In this document: positions 8,971-17,475 of the stretch, piece by piece
Layout of the letters: each line of letters begins with the position of its first letter
Position numbering within the stretch: position 1 is the stretch's first letter
From: Myxococcota bacterium
Lineage (GTDB): Bacteria > Myxococcota_A > Polyangia > DASYRF01
Direction of reading: 5' to 3'
Length of the DNA stretch: 63,044 nt
Assembly (NCBI GenBank): GCA_036004705.1
Contig: DASYRF010000266.1
Coordinates: 1 to 63,044, forward strand
Position numbers and translations under genes: made by a program
Notes under the pieces: generated by a model
The model's database searches: none
Told to the model about the DNA's origin: nothing
What the model saw: the letters and a program-made list of their open reading frames with translations, nothing else

Positions 8971-11900
8971 ATGAGCAGCGACAGGGCGCGCAGGTCTTAC
9001 GACGTCGAACGGATGTACCGGTCGGTCGTGTCACAGCAGGGGCGGGTCACCCTGGAGGCGGACGCCAACGAGGCGGAGGAGATCCGCGCCAACGAGTCGC
9101 GCATCGAGCTGATCCACATCATCGGCCCGAACGGCGCGCCCGACGGCGGCTTCAAGATCTCCGCGCCGGTCTCCGAGGCGCACTTCCTGGACTTCGCGAT
9201 CGGGCAGGGGACGCTCTACGTGGGCGGCGTACGGGTGCACAACCGGGACCCGAAGGCCACCTACCTGAGCCAGAAGAACCGCGACGGCACCGAGTACGCC
9301 CGCGAGTGGGCCGACTACCCCGCCGACCGCGTGCACTCGTTCCCCGCCGGCGCCGCGGACGCGGTCGCCAAGGCCGATTGGGAAGGGCGGATGGAGGCGA
9401 TCTACCTGACGGTCGCCGAGCAGGAGGTGTCCGCCGTCGAGGATCCGGCGCTGCGCGAGGTCGCGCTGGGCGGACCCGACACTGCGGCCCGCACGCGCCT
9501 CGTCCAGCGCGTCCAGCGCTTCCCCGTCAGCGCGAACACCTGCGAGGACGCCTTCGCGGAGGTGGTGAAGCACTACTCCACCGGCGCCGTCTTCCAGCCG
9601 TTCAACATGCGGCTCGTGTCCAACCTGCGGCTGCGCGCCGACTTCGTCCCCACGACGGCGCCGGCCGACGCCTGCCAGCCGACCGCGCAGATCGGCTTCC
9701 TGGGGCCCGAGAACCAGCTCATGCGCGTGCAGGTCAACGATCCCCACACGCTGCTGTGGGGCTGGGACAACGCGTCGTTCCTGTATCGCGCCACCGTCAA
9801 GGACGTGAAGACCCTGCAGCTCGAGGGGATCCCGGTCGACGTCTACCACCAGCCGCGCCCCCAGCAATGGGCCGAGCTGCTGGCCACCGCCGTCGACCTC
9901 CGCGACGGCGCGCGCATCGCCGCGGCCAGCGGCAAGCCGGTCCGGGTCCACGCCTACGACGCGACCTCGCGGCTGGTGACGCTCGAGGTCGCGCTCCCCA
10001 AGACGGCGGTCGGCGACAGCGTGTTCCTGCGCATGTGGGAGAACCGGCTGACCCTCCCCGCCAACGAGGGCACCGCCGCCGAGCTGCTGATGGCGAACGG
10101 CGCCAGCACCGGCGTCCGCGTGTACCTCAAGGGGGTCGAGCCCGTCGCCGGCGACTACTGGATGATCGGCGTGCGCCCCGGCACGCCGCAGGCCATCCTG
10201 CCGGCGCGCCTGTCGACTTGGCAGCACCCCGACGGCCCGGGCCGGTGGCTGGCGCCGCTGGCGGTCATCCTGTGGCACCCGAAGTCCAAGAGCGCCCACG
10301 TGACCGATTGCCGCCCGCGCTTCGAGCCCCTGGTCGACCACGACGAGGACCTGGCCTTCCACAACCAGCACCTGCACGGCTGGGGTGTGGTCTGCGGGCT
10401 TCAAGTTCAGTGCATGACCACCGACTACGCCGCCACGCACAAGCTCGAGCGCGAGCGCGAGTGGGTGTTCGTGCGCGACGGCTACGCGATCCACCCGTCC
10501 GGCAAGGACATCCGGCTGCGCTCGGCCGCCGACGACGAGAGGACCGCGCTCGACCTGGGAAGCCTGGCTGTCGCCGAGAAGGCCGTCACCCGCAACGCCG
10601 ACGGGAACATCGCCGACGGCGCGGTCAGCCTGTGGATCGGCAAGCACGGCCACTTCCACGCCGACAAGTACGAGCCCAAGGGCAAGCTCGACTGGCAGGA
10701 GCTGATCCAGGGGACGATGCTCGGGGACGTCATCGACGACTGCATCAAGCCGATCATCGACTTCATCAAGGGGGTCGTGGACACGAGCGGGGAGAAGGAG
10801 CTGGTCGGGCCCGCGGCCAAGCGGCTGATCGCCGTGCTCAACCTGTTCTGGCAGCTCGTCAACCAGACCAGCGGCGCGCACATCTACCTGTCCGAGGCCG
10901 AGGACCAGATCCTGCGCGAGCTGTTCGAGGGGGTGAAGCTGCTCCTCGGCGGCACGACGTTCTGCGCCATGTTCGACGACGTCGCGTACCCCGCCTACGA
11001 CGTGTACCGCAAGGACGTGCCCGACGGCGCGCCGCGCCCGACGACGATCTTCGGCACCGGCAACCACCAGCGCATCCGCGTCCACCCGCGCCGGCCGCTT
11101 GCCTTCACCTGCGGCGGCACCGACGGAAAGGTGAACGTCTACGACCTGGAAGCGGGGAAGATCCTCGCATCCGTCGAGCTGCCCGACGTCCTGATCCAGG
11201 ACGTCGCCTTCCCGCCCCCCGGCAACGACAAGGACGTCTACGTGATCGGCTACACCGGGAGCGCCAAGACCGACAGCGTGTTCGCGACGGGCACGGTCGG
11301 GGACGGCGGCGCGATCAATTGGAGCGGCAGCCGGATCCAGTGCCCGGGCCTCAAGCTCATCTCGCTGGCCACCAGCGACTTGACGCCCGGCACGGTGTAC
11401 GCGGCGGCGCGCGGCAAGGGGATCGTCGAGCTGAAGCTGGGCGCGCCCGCTCCCACGCTGGTCGCGCCGTTCCTCGCGACCGGCCACCTGGTCGCGGCCG
11501 TGGACTCCGGCCGCACGGGGCTGATCGCCGGCGCGCACGAAAGCGAGCCCAATCCGCTCGAGTTCGATCACCTGCTCGCCTTCGACGTGGGATCGCAGTA
11601 CGGGTCCTTGCGCCTGTCGCTCCCTCCGGACGGAACGGAGCCGGGCATCGGTCACGACGACCTAGCCGTCGCCAAGGACGGCACGGCCCTCTGGCTGTAC
11701 GCGATCATCGACGGCGCGAACGGAAGCAAGCGCCTCGTCGGGTGGAGCACGGGCATGAGCGCCGGAACGGCGGTCGACGCCGCCGCGTGGATGCGAATGG
11801 AGACCCTGACGACCGAGCTTCCATGGACGAGCGTGGTGAACCTGGGCCCCAGCGCCGGCTGCCGCATCGCCCACAGCGCGAAGAGCAACTGGGCCATGAT

Positions 11901-13059
11901 CACATACCAGGACACCTACTACGGCCGCGCCTACGTCCCCGGGCAGGCGGAGCTCCAGAACGAGCTCCATCCGTTGCAGATCGGCCCCACCTCGATCGCC
12001 ACCGACAGCGACGGCCTCTGGTTCTACGTCCTCGAAGACTTCAGCAACACGATCACCGCGATCCCGGCGACCGCCTACCCCGATCCGAAATGGCGCTCGA
12101 CCATCGACCTGGAAGCGCTGCAGGAGTATCGGCGCCTGGCGCTCACCCAGTTCCTGATCGTCGCCGGCCGCTTCGCGCAGTACCTGAAGGACTGCGTGTG
12201 CGAGCACCTGCTCATCGAGTGCCCCGACGGCGCCGGGAAGGTCTACCTGGCCGACGTCAGCTTCAAGGACGGCAAGATCTATCAGATCTGCAACTTCCAC
12301 CACCGCAAGTACGTCCACAGCTTCCCGACGGTGGAGTACTGGATGTCTATCGTGCCGGTGATCCCGATGCTCAAGTGGGCGGTCGAGAAGGCGTGCTGCT
12401 CGGTGCTGGCCGGCATCTTCGACAAGCTGGCGCCGCAGAAAGACCTGGCGCCCAAGGACGACGTCCTGTCGGTGGCCATGGCGCGCAACGCCCTCACCTA
12501 CGTGAATGGCCCCGAGGTCACGCAGCAGTTCGCGGCGCGCAAGTCGCAGGTCTCGCTCCTCGGGTCGATCGGCAAGACGGCGGTCGTCGACAAGCTCAAG
12601 CTGCCCAACCCCGGCATCCTGGCCGGGCCCGCCACGACGACCGACGTGGCCAACAAGAGCGTCGACGAAGCGAGCGCGGCGGCCGCGGAGAAAGGCGTCG
12701 TCGTGGGCGGAACCGAAGTGGTGACCGGCTTCGGCATCATGAAGGCCGTGTTCAGCGCGCCCGCCGCGCCCGGCGAAACGGTGAATCTCATCACCGACGC
12801 CAACGGGATCGTGATCGGCATGAAGAAGGTCGCCCCGACGGCCCCGACTGTCGAGGCGCCCGTCCCGACCGTCGTGGCCCCGGCGGGGACCCTAGAGATG
12901 TTCGTTGCCCCGACCCCGGCAATCGAGGAGGTCGCCTCCCTGCGCCGCGAGCTGACCGCCGTGACCCAAGCCAACGCCCAGCAGACCACCGTGATGGCCG
13001 AGATGCAGAAGCAGCTCGCCGACATGGCCGCGACCCTCGAGACCCTACGCAAGGCTTGA
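8971..13059 (+). CDS. DUF6519-like eCIS tail-fibre / receptor-binding protein
   Basis: N-terminal QQGRVTLEADANE, GTLYVGG, EDPALREVALGGPDT, GPENQLMRVQV, GDYW.IGVRP, DCR..F.PL. Then HNQHLHGWGVVCGLQV, a beta-propeller-like stretch, a Cys-rich module and a terminal coiled coil (1362 aa). Confidence 0.7.
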   Translation: MSSDRARRSYDVERMYRSVVSQQGRVTLEADANEAEEIRANESRIELIHIIGPNGAPDGGFKISAPVSEAHFLDFAIGQGTLYVGGVRVHNRDPKATYLSQKNRDGTEYAREWADYPADRVHSFPAGAADAVAKADWEGRMEAIYLTVAEQEVSAVEDPALREVALGGPDTAARTRLVQRVQRFPVSANTCEDAFAEVVKHYSTGAVFQPFNMRLVSNLRLRADFVPTTAPADACQPTAQIGFLGPENQLMRVQVNDPHTLLWGWDNASFLYRATVKDVKTLQLEGIPVDVYHQPRPQQWAELLATAVDLRDGARIAAASGKPVRVHAYDATSRLVTLEVALPKTAVGDSVFLRMWENRLTLPANEGTAAELLMANGASTGVRVYLKGVEPVAGDYWMIGVRPGTPQAILPARLSTWQHPDGPGRWLAPLAVILWHPKSKSAHVTDCRPRFEPLVDHDEDLAFHNQHLHGWGVVCGLQVQCMTTDYAATHKLEREREWVFVRDGYAIHPSGKDIRLRSAADDERTALDLGSLAVAEKAVTRNADGNIADGAVSLWIGKHGHFHADKYEPKGKLDWQELIQGTMLGDVIDDCIKPIIDFIKGVVDTSGEKELVGPAAKRLIAVLNLFWQLVNQTSGAHIYLSEAEDQILRELFEGVKLLLGGTTFCAMFDDVAYPAYDVYRKDVPDGAPRPTTIFGTGNHQRIRVHPRRPLAFTCGGTDGKVNVYDLEAGKILASVELPDVLIQDVAFPPPGNDKDVYVIGYTGSAKTDSVFATGTVGDGGAINWSGSRIQCPGLKLISLATSDLTPGTVYAAARGKGIVELKLGAPAPTLVAPFLATGHLVAAVDSGRTGLIAGAHESEPNPLEFDHLLAFDVGSQYGSLRLSLPPDGTEPGIGHDDLAVAKDGTALWLYAIIDGANGSKRLVGWSTGMSAGTAVDAAAWMRMETLTTELPWTSVVNLGPSAGCRIAHSAKSNWAMITYQDTYYGRAYVPGQAELQNELHPLQIGPTSIATDSDGLWFYVLEDFSNTITAIPATAYPDPKWRSTIDLEALQEYRRLALTQFLIVAGRFAQYLKDCVCEHLLIECPDGAGKVYLADVSFKDGKIYQICNFHHRKYVHSFPTVEYWMSIVPVIPMLKWAVEKACCSVLAGIFDKLAPQKDLAPKDDVLSVAMARNALTYVNGPEVTQQFAARKSQVSLLGSIGKTAVVDKLKLPNPGILAGPATTTDVANKSVDEASAAAAEKGVVVGGTEVVTGFGIMKAVFSAPAAPGETVNLITDANGIVIGMKKVAPTAPTVEAPVPTVVAPAGTLEMFVAPTPAIEEVASLRRELTAVTQANAQQTTVMAEMQKQLADMAATLETLRKA

Positions 13060-13065
13060 CGCGGC

Positions 13066-13389
13066 ATGCCGCACGCGCCAAGGGGGACGACGCCGGAGGC
13101 GGTGCGGGCATCCCAGGCGGCCACGCCCGCACCCGTCACCCAAGCAACGCCTTCTCTGGGGGCCCCCGTCGGCATCGTGCGAAACGCGGCGCGACTCCGG
13201 GCCGGCGTAGGCAATCAGGCGGTGCTGCGACTCCAGCAGAGCCTGGGCGCAGGCGTCGGAGGCACGGTGCAGCGCAAGTGCTCCGCGTGTGACGAAGATG
13301 ACGCGCAGGTGCAGCGCGCAGCCGATGGCGACGCCGGGCCGGCCGGCAAACGGTCGCTGCCCTCGATCAGCGAAAGAGATGCGTCATGA
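13066..13389 (+). CDS. Short protein resembling the N-terminal leader of eCIS-associated DUF4157 cargo proteins, without the core domain
   Basis: GNQAVLRLQ and VQRKCSACDEDDAQVQR motifs. Starts 6 nt after the fibre stop and ends after 107 aa. Confidence 0.5.
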   Translation: MPHAPRGTTPEAVRASQAATPAPVTQATPSLGAPVGIVRNAARLRAGVGNQAVLRLQQSLGAGVGGTVQRKCSACDEDDAQVQRAADGDAGPAGKRSLPSISERDAS

Positions 13390-13642
13390 TGAGGGCTCAG
13401 GCCAAGAGGCTCGGTAACGCCTTGGACCGCCATCTCGCCGATCAGGAGAGCCGAGGGAAAGGCTGTCACGGCTCGCCGCGCGCAGCTCCTTCGAGGCCTG
13501 GCTGCCGTTCGAAGCGCGTCTGCTCTGGGAGCAGGGCGCGGTGGGTCGATCTGTGTCGCACACGGGCGCGTGGTGGGCCAACGAGTACAGGAAGGTCGAC
13601 CGCGCCCTCCAGAACGCGCGCGACCGCGTCTTTGGCACCTAG
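13386..13642 (+). pseudogene. Small hypothetical gene split by an apparent 1-nt frameshift near 13445-13450
   Basis: ATGATG overlaps the upstream TGA and reads MMRAQAKRLGNALDRHLADQE. The -1 frame continues PRERLSRLAARSSFEAWLPFEARLLWE...WWANEYRKVDRALQNARDRVFGT to TAG 13640-13642, with GC3-rich codons in the tail. Confidence 0.35.
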
Positions 13643-13653
13643 AGTGACGCGCG

Positions 13654-14760
13654 TCAGGCGATCCAGCAGTGCGGTGTCACCTCCTGCGTGCTGCCCGCGA
13701 CCGACGGAAAGCAGTATGCGGACAGGAAGTCGAGAAGACAGGCCTCCACCGAAGGATCGAGCGCTGTGCCGTCCGCCCACGTCGCGGCGACGACCCGTCC
13801 CAGCCGGTCGACCGTCAGGCGCACGTTGGGCACGCAGTTGAGGCAGGGCAGGTCGATCGCGTCGAGGGCGCCGCCGTCCAGGCACGGTCCGGCATCGAGC
13901 CACGCGTCGGCGTCGCTCGCGGCGGCATCTTTCCCCGGCGCGGCATCGGTCGCTGGGCTGCCGCCGGTTCCGCCCGCCGCGGCCGCGTCGCTCGCCGGCG
14001 TCCCCTTGGAAGCAAAGTCGCAGTGGCAAGAGGCCACCGACAATCCCATCGAAAGCGCTACAGCCGAGAGGAGCCGGCTCCGGGCGTGCGCACGCCGGGC
14101 GCCCCCGTGGGCGCGCTCGGCGTCGCGCTCCAGCGCCGTCAGTGCCTCGTCACACGTGCGCAGCAGGAGCGTGTCAAGCGCGCGGACGCGCGGACCGTCC
14201 AGCCGAACGAGCGCCGCGATCGCGTCTCGCCCCGCCGCCGCGGCACCGGCCGCCGCGGCGAGGACGCGCACCTGGTCGGCGTTCCACGCCTCGGTGACGC
14301 GCGCATACGTCGAGAACGCAGGTGCGAGGTCCACGCCGGGAAGGAGCCTGCGGGCGACCCCCGCGCCGTAGCCCAGATCATAGAGCGCCATCGGCACCGA
14401 TCGCTCGGCGAGCCGCGTCGGAAACGAGCGTCGCGACCAGATCGGCTAGCTCTTCGGGAGACACGCGCGCATAGGGCTCGACGCCTTCGCGGCGCAAGCC
14501 GTCGCTGGTCGCGGCCACGCAGCAGTACGCGCAGCGGGCTTCGCAGCCGCGGCTCGTTACGAGGTCCGCTGCTGGGAGGCCGAGATGCCGGGGAAGCGGC
14601 GTATCGCCGCCAGCGGCCGCGACCGCCAGCGGATCGACCGCGCGCGGAGCGGCGCCGGCGCGGATCTCGCCGCCGGCGGCGCGCCACACGAGGCCGGGGA
14701 GGGGAGCGAGCGCCTCGTCGCGCCACGCCGGAGCTTCGGCCAGGCCGAGGACCGGTGACG
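13654..14760 (-). pseudogene. Fragmented B12-binding-type radical SAM gene with a lipoprotein-like C-terminal module
   Basis: LPGLVWRAAGG then VTSRGCEARCAYCC (CxxxCxxC) and RVSPEELADLVATL. An abrupt frame change near 14425 leads into FPTRLAERSVPMALYDLGY... The TIM-barrel core and N-terminal B12 domain are absent. Confidence 0.55.
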
Positions 14761-15213
14761 GGCGCGCCCGCGGGAACGGGGAGCAAGAGGACGGCGGCCC
14801 CGGTCGGAGCCGCGGACCCGTACGTGGCGACGCGGCTGGGGGCCCTGATGGCGAGCGTCGCCGTGCCGGACGCGGAGCGGCTGGCGATGCGTCCGCCGGT
14901 CCGGCCCGCGACGGGGTGGACCGGGGGCGTGGCGGTGCTCGCGCTCGAGGGCATCAGCGTGTTGGTCACGGGCGTGGACGAAGTGGCCGGCACGGAGCTT
15001 CGGCTCGGGGTCGAGCGTCAGGGCGGCGCGCGCGCGGTGGTCACGTCGCTGTCGGCACTGGGAGGCGGCGCGTGGGTGAGCTTGTCCAGCAACGAAGCGC
15101 TCCGCGCTCCGCGTGCGACCCGGCTGGTCGTGTGGCGTACGGCCGACGAGAAAACGGGACGACCAGGCGAGGTCGTTCTGGCCGCGGAGCTCCCGCCGGT
15201 ACCGCGGCCCTGA
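14755..15213 (+). CDS. Hypothetical protein, probably a 5'-truncated C-terminal domain (loosely anti-sigma RskA-like); possible starts GTG 14755, GTG 14824, ATG 14848
   Basis: Coding-like codon pattern from about 14752 to TGA 15211-15213 (GWTGGVAVLALEGISVLVTGV...RLVVWR...GEVVLAAEL). No clear RBS. Confidence 0.35.
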   Translation: MTGAPAGTGSKRTAAPVGAADPYVATRLGALMASVAVPDAERLAMRPPVRPATGWTGGVAVLALEGISVLVTGVDEVAGTELRLGVERQGGARAVVTSLSALGGGAWVSLSSNEALRAPRATRLVVWRTADEKTGRPGEVVLAAELPPVPRP

Positions 15214-15288
15214 GCGGCGCCCGGCCGCACGAGAACGGCGGCTGGACGTCAGGCCGGCGCCGCGACGTCGTGGCGGCCGCCTTGCTGG

Positions 15289-16578
15289 CTACGCGAGCGG
15301 TGCGCTGCGGGCCGGCGTGCCGGAAGGGGGCGCCGGGGCAGGGCCGACCACGCGGTGCGCGTGGCCGCTGCGGGCGAATGCGCGCGCTTGGCGCGCCAGC
15401 CACAGCGACGCCAGCACGAGGAGCACCCCGCCGCCGCCGAAGCCAGCGCGGAAGAGGTCCGCGTAGAGCGCGCCGGCGCCGGGCGGCGCGAGGCGAAGGG
15501 GCGCGTCGTGCGCGAACGAGCGCGTGCGCTCGTCGAACGAGTCGAGGCTCTCCTCCGGCCACACGGCGTCGAGCGCCACGTGCACGGTCGCGTCCAGCCC
15601 GGCGAGCTCTGGATCCGGCGGCAGAACCAGCGCGACCCACAGGCGCTCGCGCACGCGGCTCTCCGAAGACTTGTAGGTGATGAAGGAGCTCCAGTCGCGC
15701 TCGTTGGTGGTCGCGGCGATGGCGCGCGGCGCCGTGTCCCCGTCCCCCACGTCGAGCCAGGCCTCGGCGCGGCCCGTCCAGTAGCCCTTCAGGCTGTGGA
15801 TCTCGTCGGGCAGGTACAGCACGGGTGCGTCGCCGGGGCCGACGACCGCCGGGAAGAAGTCGTCGTTGGCGGGCCAGCCGGCGGCGGCGCGCACGACCTC
15901 CGCGGCGGGCACGGCCGCCACGCCCAGCGCCAGTATGCCCAGCGCCAGCGCGCGCGCGGCCGCCGCGGCGGCGCCGGCCGACGAGGGGCCGGGCACCACC
16001 AGGGGCAGGGTCCGCTCGCCGGGTGCGGGCGCGGCGTCGCGATACGGGCCGCCGCGGGCGTCGGCGTCGTCGAGCGGCGGGGCGTCGTGCGCGCACTTCT
16101 TCGCCAGCACCACCGCGCCGGACAGGAGCTGTGAGCGCGCGCGGCGCCAGCCGGCGGCGACGTCGCGGTTCGGGTCGTGCAGTGCGAGCGCGGCCTGCAG
16201 CCCGGCCACCAGCGCCAGGGCTGCGCCGGCGAGGGCGGTTGCGGCCGCAAACGTGAGCGTGTCGGTGTAGGTGAGTCCGGCCACGACCAGCACCACGGCC
16301 CCCGCGGCCCCCGCCGCCAGCACGTGAAGCGGGCGGCGGCGCGTGCCGATCATCTCGGGCTGCAGCACGCCGCAGTGCGGGCAGCCGAACGGCTCCACGC
16401 CGTCGGCGAGCGCCTTGGCGAGCGCCTCCTCAGCGGCGCGCTGCGCGGCCACCGGTCCGCGCTGCGAGGTGGCGGCGCGCCGCCGGCGCAGCTCGTAGCG
16501 GTACTCACACCCGCAGCCCACGCAGGTGTGCTGCTTCAGGCACTTCCCCTGCACCGTCGACGTGTAGCGCCGCGCCAC
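15289..16578 (-). CDS. Membrane protein with N-terminal Zn-ribbon-like CxxC pairs
   Basis: GGAGG RBS before GTG. CVGC...CPHC, several hydrophobic helices and an extracytoplasmic domain (429 aa). Confidence 0.7.
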   Translation of the reverse strand: MARRYTSTVQGKCLKQHTCVGCGCEYRYELRRRRAATSQRGPVAAQRAAEEALAKALADGVEPFGCPHCGVLQPEMIGTRRRPLHVLAAGAAGAVVLVVAGLTYTDTLTFAAATALAGAALALVAGLQAALALHDPNRDVAAGWRRARSQLLSGAVVLAKKCAHDAPPLDDADARGGPYRDAAPAPGERTLPLVVPGPSSAGAAAAAARALALGILALGVAAVPAAEVVRAAAGWPANDDFFPAVVGPGDAPVLYLPDEIHSLKGYWTGRAEAWLDVGDGDTAPRAIAATTNERDWSSFITYKSSESRVRERLWVALVLPPDPELAGLDATVHVALDAVWPEESLDSFDERTRSFAHDAPLRLAPPGAGALYADLFRAGFGGGGVLLVLASLWLARQARAFARSGHAHRVVGPAPAPPSGTPARSAPLA

Positions 16579-16753
16579 GTTGCATCCTCCTGCCCGGGTG
16601 TCGCTGGTCCCTTCTCATCTACTACAGTAGGCGTCGAAAGCCTCCTAGTCCCTGGCGGCGCCGGCCCAGCCGACCGGGGTGCGCGCCCACTCCAGCGGCG
16701 CTCTGGCCACGCGTGCGACTCGCGGAATTCGCTGGCGAATCTTGCATTCTCCG

Positions 16754-16782
16754 TTGACAGGAGCGCGACGGCGCGTCATAGT
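16754..16782 (+). promoter_or_regulatory. Sigma70-type promoter of the rpsO-pnp operon
   Basis: TTGACA (16754-16759), 17-nt spacer, CATAGT (16777-16782). Confidence 0.75.
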
Positions 16783-16799
16783 GCGCGCGAAATCGGGGC

Positions 16800-16865
16800 C
16801 CTGGTGGCCCCCCCGCGGCGCGGCCCACCCCGGCCGCGCCCGCGATGCACGGCTCGGGTGCCAGG
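16800..16865 (+). promoter_or_regulatory. Structured rpsO 5' leader (candidate S15 autoregulatory element)
   Basis: Closing stem 16800-16810/16856-16865 encloses a perfect 8-bp hairpin GCGCGGCC(16818-25)/GGCCGCGC(16832-39). Confidence 0.4.
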
Positions 16866-16889
16866 CGCGCCCGCGCGGGGAGAGAGAAA

Positions 16890-17159
16890 ATGCCGCTCGT
16901 ACAGGCGCGTAAGGACGAGGTCGTTCACAAGTGGGCGCAGCACGAAGGAGATACGGGGTCGCCGGAAGTCCAGGTGGCCATCCTCTCCGAGCGCATCACT
17001 TACCTGACTCAGCATTTCCAGTCCCACCCGAAGGACCATCACTCGCGGCGTGGGCTGCTGAAGCTGGTGACGCAGCGGCGGCGTCTTCTGGAGTACCTGA
17101 AGCGCAAGAACTTGCCGCGGTACCGCAAGCTCGTCGAAGGGCTCGGCATCCGCAAGTAG
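16890..17159 (+). CDS. rpsO: 30S ribosomal protein S15
   Basis: [23 protein letters not shown]...[15 protein letters not shown] (89 aa). Confidence 0.98.
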   Translation: MPLVQARKDEVVHKWAQHEGDTGSPEVQVAILSERITYLTQHFQSHPKDHHSRRGLLKLVTQRRRLLEYLKRKNLPRYRKLVEGLGIRK

Positions 17160-17303
17160 CAGCGTCGGTCCCGCATGGGGCGGGGCCGGCGCGGGCGCTC
17201 CTCCGTGGGTCGGCCTTCGGCCGGCGGCGGGGCGCCGGACCGGGCGCGCGGCGTGCGCGTCGACGGTCCGGGACGGACGGAGCGCCGCGGGGTGCCCGTT
17301 GCG

Positions 17304-17367
17304 TTAAGTCCTTGATTCGATCGCCCCACCGGCGCGCAGCGGTGAGGCCATGGAGTCTGGGACTTAA
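17304..17367 (+). promoter_or_regulatory. Long imperfect hairpin in the pnp leader (candidate RNase III site)
   Basis: TTAAGTCCTTGATTC (17304-17318) pairs with GAGTCTGGGACTTAA (17353-17367), and pairing continues inward to an ~8-nt loop. Confidence 0.5.
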
Positions 17368-17475
17368 GTACTCGTCCCGGCCCACCGACCGACTCCTCGC
17401 GCCCACAACGAGGGTCGCGCCGCGGCGCCCGCGCACACGCGCGGAGCCCGCCGGCCCGTGGAAGCAGAGGAACGA

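Larger units (their letters stand above)
1..13059 (+). other. Extracellular contractile injection system (eCIS, Afp/PVC-like) locus, distal part; continues off the left edge
   Basis: Co-oriented, mostly translationally coupled genes in eCIS order: hub, gp5 OB-fold spike, PAAR-like, gp25, two baseplate J-like, gpI-like, fibre. No capsid, terminase, integrase or T6SS membrane-complex genes in the window. Confidence 0.85.

Noticed and set aside
1-13059. Prophage tail or T6SS interpretation
   Set aside because: No capsid, terminase, integrase, tape measure, lysis or TssJLM/ClpV genes in view. Gene order and paired wedge genes fit eCIS.
1477-13292. Very long alternative-frame and antisense ORFs (e.g. 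1477-3978, 7566-13292, 9031-11655, and similar throughout the window)
   Set aside because: Arg/Pro/Gly-rich shadows of real genes, expected from stop-codon scarcity at this GC content. No family motifs.
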